From Halotia branconii CENA392 (GTDB lineage: Bacteria; Cyanobacteriota; Cyanobacteriia; Cyanobacteriales; Nostocaceae): DNA of 32,000 nucleotides. The stretch lies in assembly GCF_029953635.1 (NCBI RefSeq), contig NZ_CP124543.1, forward strand, positions 5,828,367-5,860,366, read 5' to 3'. The position numbers and the translations under genes were made by a program. Shown here piece after piece: positions 9,631 through 19,900 of the stretch (positions are counted from its first letter, which is position 1; each line of letters starts with the position of its first letter). The notes under the pieces were generated by a model. That model made no database searches, was not told the origin of the DNA, and was given only the letters and a program-made list of their open reading frames with translations.

Positions 9631-9731
9631 CATAATAATTTTTTGTTCACGACTTATCAGAAATTGCTTTCAATCATTCATCTTATGGGGTGGCCATCTT
9701 ATCCACCCCAAATCTTAGTCAATTTCCTTCT

Positions 9732-12700
9732 CTAAATTGCAATTTCTTCTCTCTCAATCGCACTCGAATCAGTATCGAATTTTATTTGTTTCTCCAGCCT
9801 CAACGCTATTTCAGCTATTGTAGGAGAATCAAACAGATTTGCCACAGCTAATTGAATATCAAAAGCATTCCGCAATCGAGACATTACTTGAACAGCTATT
9901 AATGAATCTCCTCCTAGTTCAAAAAAGTTATCATAAATTCCTACCTGTTTTAGCCCTAACAATTCTTGCCAAATCTCCGCAATTTTATCTTCAATCTCAT
10001 TACGGGGAGCTATATATGAGTTAGATAAATTAGGTCTTGAGTGGAATGTAGATAAACTGGCTTGCAGCTGTGATAAACTCTGTGATTTTTTTTCAAAGTT
10101 ATTGCTAAATGCTGTTTGCACAGCAGCTTGAGCCATAATAATTTGATGTTCAAAAGCTTCACTTTGAGGAAAAGCAGCAACTTCAATAAAGCCTTGATAT
10201 TGTAATGCTTCAAACCATTGTTCTTCAGTGATAAAAGGCTGACCAAGGCTGCGTCTTTTATCATCTAAAGGTTTCAGCAATAAACCCCAACTCATATCAA
10301 AATCTATCTTCGGCTGAGTTACTTCCCACAGTAAAAGGAAACCGCCAGGAGCTAATAAAGAGCGTACATGATGGAGAGTTTTATCGATGTTTTGAGTTGC
10401 GTGTAAAACATTAGAAGCTATGACTACATCAAAGCTATACTTCTCAAAACCTTGCTCAGTAGGCGACTTATCTATGTCTAGTAATTGGTAGTCAATAAAT
10501 GGATATTCTTGAAACTTTTGTTGTGCTTGAGTTAAGAAACCGCTACCAATATCTGTAAAAGTATAGCTGGTTTGTTGCGCGGGTAACACTGGTAATATTG
10601 CTTGGGTAGACATACCAGTACCCCCGCCGATTTCCAAAACTCTTATGTGAACTGATGGCGGTAATAACTTAACCATCTGTTCTAAACTAAAACGCAAAAT
10701 AGAGTTGTAATAAGCAACCAAAGGCGATTCTAAATGCGAACCGTTTTGCTTATCTTGGTAAACCAATTCATCAAAAAATTCTAATGGTTCTTGTTTACCA
10801 ACAACAACAGCAGCTAAATTGTCACCGCAGCGTTGTACTAAATCTAAATCTATAGGAGTTGTAGCAGCAAATCTTTCTTTAACTTCTGCTAAATGTTCAT
10901 CGATAAAATCTGGCGAACATGGTACAAATTCAGTAAATAATTGATGCTGTTGCTGTAGTTGTCCTTGTTCTACTAATATTTGCAACCATCTAAAAAACAA
11001 TTGTTGATAGTGGGGTATAATTTGACATTCCGTTATCAAATCTTCTCCAGAATATCTTTTTTTGCGATTACTAAAAGCCCCTAATTGTTGGAAGGTAATA
11101 TTAATATAGGCTGTACATAAACTATCTAAATACTGTTTGTTTTCCTGATATGTGACTTCATTGAGTTTTACATTTTGAGCATTGGCTTGTTTTTCACCTG
11201 CTTTTATCAGCGATGTCCATAATTTTGCTGTTGGAGGTACAATTTGCAACTCTCCCCAAGCTGTCTTTTGTGGTGGTTCAATCCAATAACGTTGGCGTTC
11301 AAAGGGATAAGTTGGTAAGGGAATCCGATAATATTCATTCTGACTATAAAATCCCAACCAATCTATCTTGACTCCAGCCAACCAAAGTTGACCTAATGTT
11401 GTAAATAAAATAGCCAAATCCGATTGTTTATCTTGCGGATGGCGTAGCGAATTTAAAATTGTTTGTGTTGCGGCTTTGTCTGGATGTCTTTTAGCTAATG
11501 TCGTGAGTGTGTGTCCTGGCCCTACTTCTAATAAGACTTGCTCAGGTGTTGCTAATAATTTCTCGATACCTTGAGCAAACAACACTGTAGAACGCAGATG
11601 TTGCGCGTAGTAGTCGGGGTTTGTGGCTTGGCTAACTGTAATCCAAGTACCTGTAAGGTTGGAAATATAAGGAAGTTTTGGAGGATTTAAAGTAACTTTT
11701 TTGACTCGCTCTGCAAATGCCTCTAAGATTGGTTCCATCATCTGAGAATGGAAAGCATGGGAAGTATGCAGACGGCGACATTCAACACTTTGATTAGCAA
11801 GCTGATGTTGTAGTGTATCTATTGCTGTTATAGAACCAGAAACTACACATTGCGATCGCTGATTAATCGCAGCTACAGAAAGCTCTGAGCCTAATAAGGA
11901 TTTTACCTTTTCTGGGGGCAAAGGAACAGAAAGCATTGCGCCAGTGGGAAGTTGCTGCATCATCTGTCCGCGTGCTGCTACCAAAGATAAAGCATCTTCT
12001 AGGGAAAAAACTCCGGCGAGGGTTGCGGCAACATATTCGCCAATACTATGACCGATCGCAGCTTGTGGTTCCACTCCCCAAGACTGCCATAATTTAGCTA
12101 GGGCATATTCAATGACAAAAATTGCGCTTTGAGCAATGCTTGTTTGTTGAAGTTGCTGTGATGCTTCAGTAATTTTGTCATCACTAGGGTAAAGAATATG
12201 GCGTAAATCTAACCCTAGTAGGGGTTTGAGAATTTCTGAGCAATAATCAACTTGTTCTTGAAATACTATCTCTGTTTGATAAATTTCCCGCGCCATGTTG
12301 ACGTACTGAGAACCTTGACCGGGAAACATAAAGACTACAGACCGTTCTGTAATCTCTGTATAGTTAGTAACAACTTGTTTTGACTCTAAATTGCTCAGAG
12401 ATTGAACAGCATCGTCTAAATTTTGGCAAATCAACATCCGCCGATGATTAAAACCCCGACGACCGCTATTAAGTGTATAAGCTAAATCACCTAAATTAAC
12501 TTCTGGATGCTCTTTTAAATGCGTGATTAAATTATCTGTCGCCTTCTCCAACGCACTAGCAGTTTTAGCCGACAAACACAATAGAAAATGTTGACTGTTG
12601 AGTGTTGACCCTTCGACTTCGCTCAGGGTCAAGGCTGAGCGGAGTCGAAGCCTTGACTTTTGACTTTTGACTTGTTTGGCTTCTTCCAAAATCACATGAG

Positions 12701-13997
12701 CATTCGTCCCCCCCATCCCAAAGGAACTAACACCAGCACGGCGAGGAGTGTTATTTGTTTTCCATTCGGTCAGAGTTGTATTGACATAGAAAGGACTGTT
12801 AGCAAAATCGATTTTGGGGTTAGGTGTTTGGAAGTGCAAACTAGGAGGCAGCGTTTTATTTTGCAATGCTAATGCTGTCTTTATTAAACCTGCAACACCT
12901 GCTGCTGTATCTAAATGTCCCAAGTTGGTTTTTAGCGAACCAATAGCGCAGAAACCTTTTTTATCGGTAGTTTCTCTAAAAGCTTGAGTTAAAGCGGCAA
13001 TTTCGATGGGGTCGCCTAATGGTGTAGCTGTACCATGAGCTTCAATGTAGGTAATTGTTTCGGCATCTACACCAGCTACAGCTTGCGCTTCACCAATGAC
13101 TGCGGCTTGACCACTGACACTAGGCGCAGTGTAACCCACCTTTGTTGCACCATCGTTATTGATAGCCGAGCCTTTAATGATTGCATAGATATGGTCGCGA
13201 TCGCTTATTGCATCCTGTAATCTTTTTAATACCACAATTCCTGCACCACTACCGCCAATAGTTCCCTGTGCTTGAGCATCAAAAGCACGGCAATGTCCAT
13301 CAGGAGAAAGTATCATTTCCTCTTGATATAAATAGCCTTTGTTTTGGGGAATGTTGAGGGTAACTCCTCCAGCTAAAGCCATGTCACATTCACCATTGAG
13401 AAGACTTTGACAAGCTTGGTGAACGGCAACTAAAGAAGTAGAACAAGCTGTTTGTACATTTATTGCTGGGCCTGTCAAGCCAAGTTTATATGCAACTCTG
13501 GTGGGTAAAAAATCTTTATCGCTGGAAATTCCTAATTGCAGAGGATCAAATGTTTCTGATAATTGATGATGAGGATAAATATTATTGAGTAAATATCTAT
13601 TCATCCCCACACCACCATAAACCCCGATTAAACCGTTATAGATTTGTGGGTCATAACCAGCCTTTTCTACAGCTTCCCAAGCCAACTCTAAAAATAAGCG
13701 TTGTTGTGGATCTATTAACTCAGCTTCTTTAGCACTATACCCAAAGAAATTAGCATCAAATAATTCAATATCTTCTAGAGCCGCACTAGCTTTTACATAA
13801 TGAGGATTATTTACTAAATCCGGTACAACACCAGCATTAATTAATTCCTCATCTGTCAACTGAGATATAGACTCTACACCATCACAAAGATTCTGCCAAA
13901 ATTGGGCAATATCTTTTGCTCCTGGAAATCTCCCAGCCATAGAGATAATTGCAATTTCCGAATTATTAAATTCATTATTATTTAAATTTAAGTTCAT
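9732..13997 (-). CDS. Type I polyketide synthase module KS-AT-MT-ACP with no KR/DH/ER
   Basis: 1421-aa ORF from the track. KS is ~12684-13958 (QTACSTSLVAVHQA, EAHGTATPLGDP, KTNLGHLDTAAG). AT is ~11463-12341 (FPGQGSQ, GHSIGE, HAFH, the malonyl-type motif). The SAM methyltransferase is ~10128-11150 (VLEIGGGTGMST...ASNVLHAT...LLAPGGFLLL) and sits at the usual cis C-MT position. The carrier domain is ~9792-10016 (FFELGGDSL). The ATG at 13997 lies 2 nt after the upstream TAA, which suggests translational coupling. Confidence 0.95.
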   Translation of the reverse strand: MNLNLNNNEFNNSEIAIISMAGRFPGAKDIAQFWQNLCDGVESISQLTDEELINAGVVPDLVNNPHYVKASAALEDIELFDANFFGYSAKEAELIDPQQRLFLELAWEAVEKAGYDPQIYNGLIGVYGGVGMNRYLLNNIYPHHQLSETFDPLQLGISSDKDFLPTRVAYKLGLTGPAINVQTACSTSLVAVHQACQSLLNGECDMALAGGVTLNIPQNKGYLYQEEMILSPDGHCRAFDAQAQGTIGGSGAGIVVLKRLQDAISDRDHIYAIIKGSAINNDGATKVGYTAPSVSGQAAVIGEAQAVAGVDAETITYIEAHGTATPLGDPIEIAALTQAFRETTDKKGFCAIGSLKTNLGHLDTAAGVAGLIKTALALQNKTLPPSLHFQTPNPKIDFANSPFYVNTTLTEWKTNNTPRRAGVSSFGMGGTNAHVILEEAKQVKSQKSRLRLRSALTLSEVEGSTLNSQHFLLCLSAKTASALEKATDNLITHLKEHPEVNLGDLAYTLNSGRRGFNHRRMLICQNLDDAVQSLSNLESKQVVTNYTEITERSVVFMFPGQGSQYVNMAREIYQTEIVFQEQVDYCSEILKPLLGLDLRHILYPSDDKITEASQQLQQTSIAQSAIFVIEYALAKLWQSWGVEPQAAIGHSIGEYVAATLAGVFSLEDALSLVAARGQMMQQLPTGAMLSVPLPPEKVKSLLGSELSVAAINQRSQCVVSGSITAIDTLQHQLANQSVECRRLHTSHAFHSQMMEPILEAFAERVKKVTLNPPKLPYISNLTGTWITVSQATNPDYYAQHLRSTVLFAQGIEKLLATPEQVLLEVGPGHTLTTLAKRHPDKAATQTILNSLRHPQDKQSDLAILFTTLGQLWLAGVKIDWLGFYSQNEYYRIPLPTYPFERQRYWIEPPQKTAWGELQIVPPTAKLWTSLIKAGEKQANAQNVKLNEVTYQENKQYLDSLCTAYINITFQQLGAFSNRKKRYSGEDLITECQIIPHYQQLFFRWLQILVEQGQLQQQHQLFTEFVPCSPDFIDEHLAEVKERFAATTPIDLDLVQRCGDNLAAVVVGKQEPLEFFDELVYQDKQNGSHLESPLVAYYNSILRFSLEQMVKLLPPSVHIRVLEIGGGTGMSTQAILPVLPAQQTSYTFTDIGSGFLTQAQQKFQEYPFIDYQLLDIDKSPTEQGFEKYSFDVVIASNVLHATQNIDKTLHHVRSLLAPGGFLLLWEVTQPKIDFDMSWGLLLKPLDDKRRSLGQPFITEEQWFEALQYQGFIEVAAFPQSEAFEHQIIMAQAAVQTAFSNNFEKKSQSLSQLQASLSTFHSRPNLSNSYIAPRNEIEDKIAEIWQELLGLKQVGIYDNFFELGGDSLIAVQVMSRLRNAFDIQLAVANLFDSPTIAEIALRLEKQIKFDTDSSAIEREEIAI
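12606..12677. repeat. Palindromic element plus three tandem heptamers, in frame in the PKS KS-AT linker
   Basis: The arms are CTTCGACTTCGCTCAG (12611-12626) and CTGAGCGGAGTCGAAG (12635-12650), which pair at 15 of 16 positions around an 8-nt loop. TTGACTT is repeated three times perfectly at 12653-12673. The segment encodes KQVKSQKSRLRLRSALTLSEVEGSTL right after the KS end (HVILEEA). Confidence 0.8.
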
Positions 13998-13999
13998 TT

Positions 14000-16900
14000 T
14001 TACCTTTTTCTCTGAGAGCGATATTGTTGTCTTGACTGTAATCTTTGATTTTTTAATGGTTTTAATTCGCTATAAGCTTGTGTGCGGTTATGATTTTGTT
14101 TGGTTGTTTCTTCTTGGTTAATTTTATTAATCAAATGTTGGCTGAAACTATGGATAGTTGGGTAATTAAACATATCAACTATGGATAGTTCTACCCCAAA
14201 TTTTTCTTGCAAATGCTGATTAATGCGTACTAGTAATAAAGAATGCCCCCCTAGTTCAAAGAAATTATGGTAAATTCCTACCTTTTCTATTGCTAAAGCT
14301 TGTTGCCAAATGCCAGCAATGATATTTTCTATCTCTGTATTTGGCATGACATAATCTGATAATTCTTGATGTAAATCTGGCTTGGGTAAAGCGTGACGGT
14401 CTACTTTACCGTTAGGTGTCAAAGGTAAAGATTCAAGAATCACAAAAGCACTTGGTAACATATACCCAGGCAATTTATCAGCCAAAAATTGACGTAGTTC
14501 ACCTGTTGTAAGTGTCACGTTTTTTTGTGTCCCTACATAGGCGATTAAACGCTTACTTCGACTCCTTTCGACTTCGCTCAAGGCAAGCCGCTCAGTACAA
14601 GTATTTCCCCCAGTTTCTTCACGAGGAATAACACAACATATCTGCACATCATTATGTTGGCTGAGTGCTGCTTCAATTTCGCCCAATTCGATGCGGAATC
14701 CGCGTATTTTTACTTGATGATCGATACGTCCTAAATATTCAATTGTGCCATCTGGTAAATAACGTGCTAAATCCCCAGTTTTATACAATTTTGGACTATT
14801 AAACGTGGCTTTGCTTATTGGGATAGTTTTTGTCTCACGCAGAGGCGCAGAGACGCAGAGATTATGAGTTTGAGAAATCAAATTTTTAATTTTTATCCCT
14901 TCATTCAGCAACGCCTGAAACGGGTTGGAGATAAATTTCTCTTGTGTCAACTCTGGACGGTTGAGGTAGCCTCGCGCTAAACCTACACCATCAATGTGTA
15001 ATTCTCCTGGTACACCCACGGGTACGGGTTGTAAATACTCGTCTAAAATGTAGATTTGTGTATTAGCGATCGCTTTTCCAATAGTGATTTTCTCATCTTC
15101 ATAGGTGCATTGTGCGATCGTTGCACAGACAGAAGCTTCCGTTGGGCCGTAGGCATTAAAGAAATTTCTACCAACAGACCATTGCTTGATTAATTCAGGC
15201 GAACAAGCTTCTCCAGCGACAATAATTGTTTGCAATGTTGGCAATTCGTCACTCGGCATAACTGCTAACGCCGATGGTGGTAAGGTGACATGGGTAATAT
15301 CATGTTTGCGTAATTGCTTAACTAATGGCTTTCCTGGGAGTAGAGAATCTTTTGTTCCTAAATACAGTGTTCCGCCTGAACCCAAAGCCATGATGATTTC
15401 CCAAATCGAAGCATCAAAACTGAAGGAAGCAAACTGGAGAACGCGACTATCAGAAGTTAAGCCAAAAGTTTGTATCTGAGCTTGAGCTAGGTTGCATAAT
15501 CCTTTATGCTCCACCATCACACCTTTCGGTCTACCTGTTGAACCGGAAGTGTAAATCAAGTTAGCTAAATTAAAGGCTCTAACTTCACTAGTTGGGTTAT
15601 CTTGATTGTTTTGGGCAATTTTATCCCATACATCATCTAAACAAACCTTGTTTGCTTGATAATCAGGAAGTCTCTCAAGCAGCCATTGTTGAGTTAGCAG
15701 CACCGAAACTTGAGCATCTTCTAACATAAAGCGCAAACGCTCTTGAGGATAATCTGGGTCAAGTGGTAGGTATGCTCCTCCTGCTTTGAGAATCCCCAAA
15801 AGTCCTATGACCATTTCTAATGAACGTTCTACACAAATACCTACTAGCACATCTGGCTTCACACCCAATGAGCGCAAGTAATGAGCTAACCCATTAGCGC
15901 GATAATTTAATTGGTGATAAGTTAGTTGTTGATTTTCAAATACTACAGCTACAGCATTAGGAATACGCTGAACCTGCTCCTCAAACAATTGATGAACGCA
16001 CTTATCTAATGGATAATCTGCTTGAGTATCATTCCATTCAACCAATAGTTGATGTTGTTCAACTGCTGTCAGCATTGGTAATTGGGAAATCTGCGCCTCT
16101 GAATTAGCAACAATACCTTCCAGCAAAGTCACAAAATGACCAGTCATGCGCTCAATAGTGGACGCATCAAACAAATCAGTATTGTATTCCCACACACCCA
16201 GCAAGCCTTGAGTCGTGTTTTCCATCGACAAAGCTAAATCAACCTTGGCTGTTTTAGTTTCTACTGGTAATGTACTAACAGTTAACCCAGCAAGCTCTAA
16301 TTCTTGTAGAGGCGCATTTTGCAGCATAAACACTACTTGGAACAGTGGTGTATGTCCCAAATCCCTTTCCGGCTGTAATGCTTCCACCAGCATTTCAAAC
16401 GGCAAATTCTGATGAGTGTATGCTTCCATTGCTGTTTCTCGCACGCGAGTCAGCAACTCATTAAAACTAGGATTACCTGCTAAATTACTCCGCATGACTA
16501 AGGTATTGACAAAAAAGCCAATTAACCCTTCTAGTTCGGAGCGATCGCGGTTTGCAATTGGTGTCCCGACTAAAATATCTGACTGTCCTGTATAGCGGTA
16601 GAGTAAGGTATCATAAGCTGCCAACAGCATCATAAACAGAGTACAACCTTGCTCTTGGCTCAGTTTCAGCAATTTATCGGTTAACGCAACTGACAGTGTA
16701 AACTCATGATGTGCGCCAACAAACGTCTGTACTGCTGGTCTTGGTCTATCTGTAGGTAATGCTAATAAAGCAGGTGCATCCTTTAACTGTTGTTCCCAAT
16801 ACGAAAGTTGATTTTGCAGTACATTCCCTTGCAACCAGTTTCTTTGCCAAATCGCAAAATCTGCATACTGAATTGGTAATGGTGCTAAAGGTGACGGTTT

Positions 16901-19900
16901 ATTTTGAGTATAAGCATTATAAAGTGCTGCCAACTCCTGGATAAACACACCCATTGACCAACCATCACTGACAGCGTGGTGCATACACACCAACAATATG
17001 TGTTCTGTTTGGGAAAGCACCACCAACGTAACTCTAATTAATGCTTCATCTGCGAGGTTAAATGGTGTAATTGCTTCTTGTTGCGCTATTTCTTGTACAG
17101 CATTTTCTGTTTCTGCTGTAGATAAATGCTGTAATTCAACAACTGATTCTATTCCCTGCGATGCACTGAGCTTGTCAAAGTGTTCCCTAATTACTTGTGT
17201 TGGTTGTCCATCAACTGTAATGAAATTAGTACGTAAGGCTTCATGACGATTAATTATTTCCTGCAAGCTCTTTTCTAAAGCTACTTGAGCAAGATTGCCT
17301 TGTAAACACAAAGCTACAGGAATGTTGTATAAAGCACTATTTGGTTCTAATTGGTCTAAAAACCATAAACGTTGTTGAGCAAAGGATAAAGGTACATGAG
17401 TCTTCTCTGTTCTGGGTACAATTGGGGGTTCACAAATTTCTATTTTTTGCTGCTGTAACTTATCAATTACTTGAGCTAATTCGGCTAATGTTGCAGTAGC
17501 AAACAACTCACGCAATGGTAGTTCTACTTTGAAAATGCTGCGGATACGTGAAACTAATTGTGTTCCTAATAGCGAATGTCCACCCAGTTCAAAGAAGTTA
17601 TCGTTAATACCTACTTGGTCTATTTTCAGCACTTGTGACCAAATTTGTACTAACAGTTCTTCGATTGGGTTGCGTGGTGCAACATATTTATCTAAGTTAC
17701 TGCTGTATAATTCCAGTGCTGGTAAAGCTTTGCGGTCTATTTTACCGTTAGGAGTTAATGGTAAATACTCTAGCAATATAAAAGCACTTGGAACCATGTA
17801 ATCTGGTAGCTTTGCTTTCAAATATTGCCGAAGTTCGCTAATTGTGGGTGTAGAGTCCTGATTTACTACCAAATAAGCAACTAGCCGTTTACTTCGACTT
17901 AGCTCAGTACAAGTCTCACGAAGATTATCTTCACGGCAAATCACACAGCAAGCTTGTATATCAATATGTTGGCTAAGTGCAGCTTCAATTTCACCTAACT
18001 CGATGCGGAAACCACGTATTTTTACTTGATTATCGATGCGTCCCAAGTATTCTATATTGCCATCTGGTAAATAACGTGCTAAATCCCCAGTTTTATATAA
18101 TTTTGAATTGTTGAAAGGATTAGGAATAAATCTTTCCTGCGTCAATTCTGGACGGTTGAGGTAGCCTTGAGCCAAGGAAGCGCCACCAATATACAACTCT
18201 CCTGGCACACCAATAGGTAGAGGCTGTAAGTTTGAGTCTAGAATGTAGGTTTTTGTGTTGGCAATAGGGCGACCAATGGGAGGTGATGCGATAGTATCTT
18301 GTGCATTAGAGATTACTAGCCCAGAAGTTGTAACAACAGTGTTCTCTGTTGGGCCATAATTATTCACCACCGTAAAAGGTATGAAAGCTGAAGGGTAATT
18401 ATGCAGCTTATCCCCACCAACTAGCATTGTTCGCAAAGCTACGTTTTCATCCCATTCTAAAGATAGTAACTTCTCTGCAAAGGGGGTTGGTAAAAAACTG
18501 ATTGTGATTTTATTTGATGTCAGCCAATTTTGTAAATCTATTGGAGAGAGAAGGGTTTCAGATGTTACCACATAAATACTTGCGCCAGTCGTGAGGTAAG
18601 GCCACAATTCCCACACCGCAGCATCAAACGCTGTTCCTGCTAATTGAGTGGCTTTGTCTAATGGGGTGATTTCAAAGTTGCATTGATGCCAAAAAATTAG
18701 ATTTAATAAACTTTGATGAGTAACTAATACCCCTTTGGGTTGACCTGTAGAACCAGAGGTATAAATTACATAAGCTAAATTATTAGCTTGAACTTCGTTG
18801 ATTGGATTATCTTGATTTAATGGGGAAATTTCTTGCCAATATGTATCTAAACAAATCAGCTTTGTTTGATAGTCAGGTAGTTGATTAACTAATTTTTCTT
18901 GAGTTAATAAAAAGGATAATTGGGCATCTGCTACCATGAAGTGCAAACGCTCTGTAGGGTAGTTTGGGTCAAGGGGTACATAAGCTCCACCTGCTTTGAT
19001 AATCCCTAAAATTCCTACGAGCATTTCTAATGAACGTTCTACACAAATACCCACGAGAGTATCTGGTTTGACACCCAATGAACGCAAGTAATGAGCTAAT
19101 TGATTAGCGCGAATATTTAACTGTTGATAAGTCAGTTTTTGATTACCAAACACCACAGCTACAGCGTCCGGTGTGCGCTCAACTTGCTCTTCAAATAACT
19201 GATGGACACATTTATCTAATGGATAATGTGCTTGAGTATTATTCCATTCAACTAATAACTGCTGTTGCTCAACTTCTGTTAGCAATGGTAATTGGGAAAT
19301 CTGCGTTTCTGGATTAGCAACAATACCTTCCAGCAAGGTGACAAAATGACCTGTCATGCGGTCAATTGTGGACGCATCAAACAAGTCAGTATTGTACTCC
19401 CACCACCCGACTAATCCTTGAGTAGTGTTCTCCATTAATAATGTTAAATCAAACTTGGCAATTGTCGTTTCTACAACTAGTGGATGGAAACTTAAGCCAG
19501 TCAACTCTACTGGAGACATCGGTACATTTTCCAGCACAAACATCACTTGAAACAAGGGTGTATGAGCTAAATTTCGTTCTGGTTGTAATGCTTCTACCAG
19601 CATTTCAAAAGGTAAATGCTGATGAGTGTATGCCTGCATTGCCATCTCTCGCACGCGATTTAGCAATTCGCTAAAGCTGGGATTTCCTGCTAAATTGCTC
19701 CGCATGACTAAGGTATTGACAAAAAAGCCAATTAACCCTTCTATTTCAGAGCGATCGCGGTTAGCAATTGGCGTTCCCACCAAAATATCTGACTGTCCTG
19801 TGTAGCGATAAAGCAGAGTATCATAAGCCGCTAACAGCGTCATAAAAAGAGTACAGCCTTGCTCTTGACTGAGTTTGACCAATTTCTCAGTTAATTCAAC

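Noticed and set aside
9687-9709. GGGGTGG-N9-CCACCCC hairpin after the PKS stop considered as an intrinsic terminator
   Set aside because: On the transcribed (minus) strand it is followed by AUAAGAUGAAUG, not a U tract. The downstream NRPS must be expressed for the pathway to work. I kept it only as part of the intergenic finding.
9385-9735. 116-aa plus-strand ORF spanning the PKS/NRPS intergenic gap
   Set aside because: It is a low-complexity AT-rich translation (FIIFFFVYF...) and I see no RBS. It overlaps both the NRPS start and the PKS stop, and it runs through the inverted-repeat element. It is more likely chance openness in AT-rich DNA.
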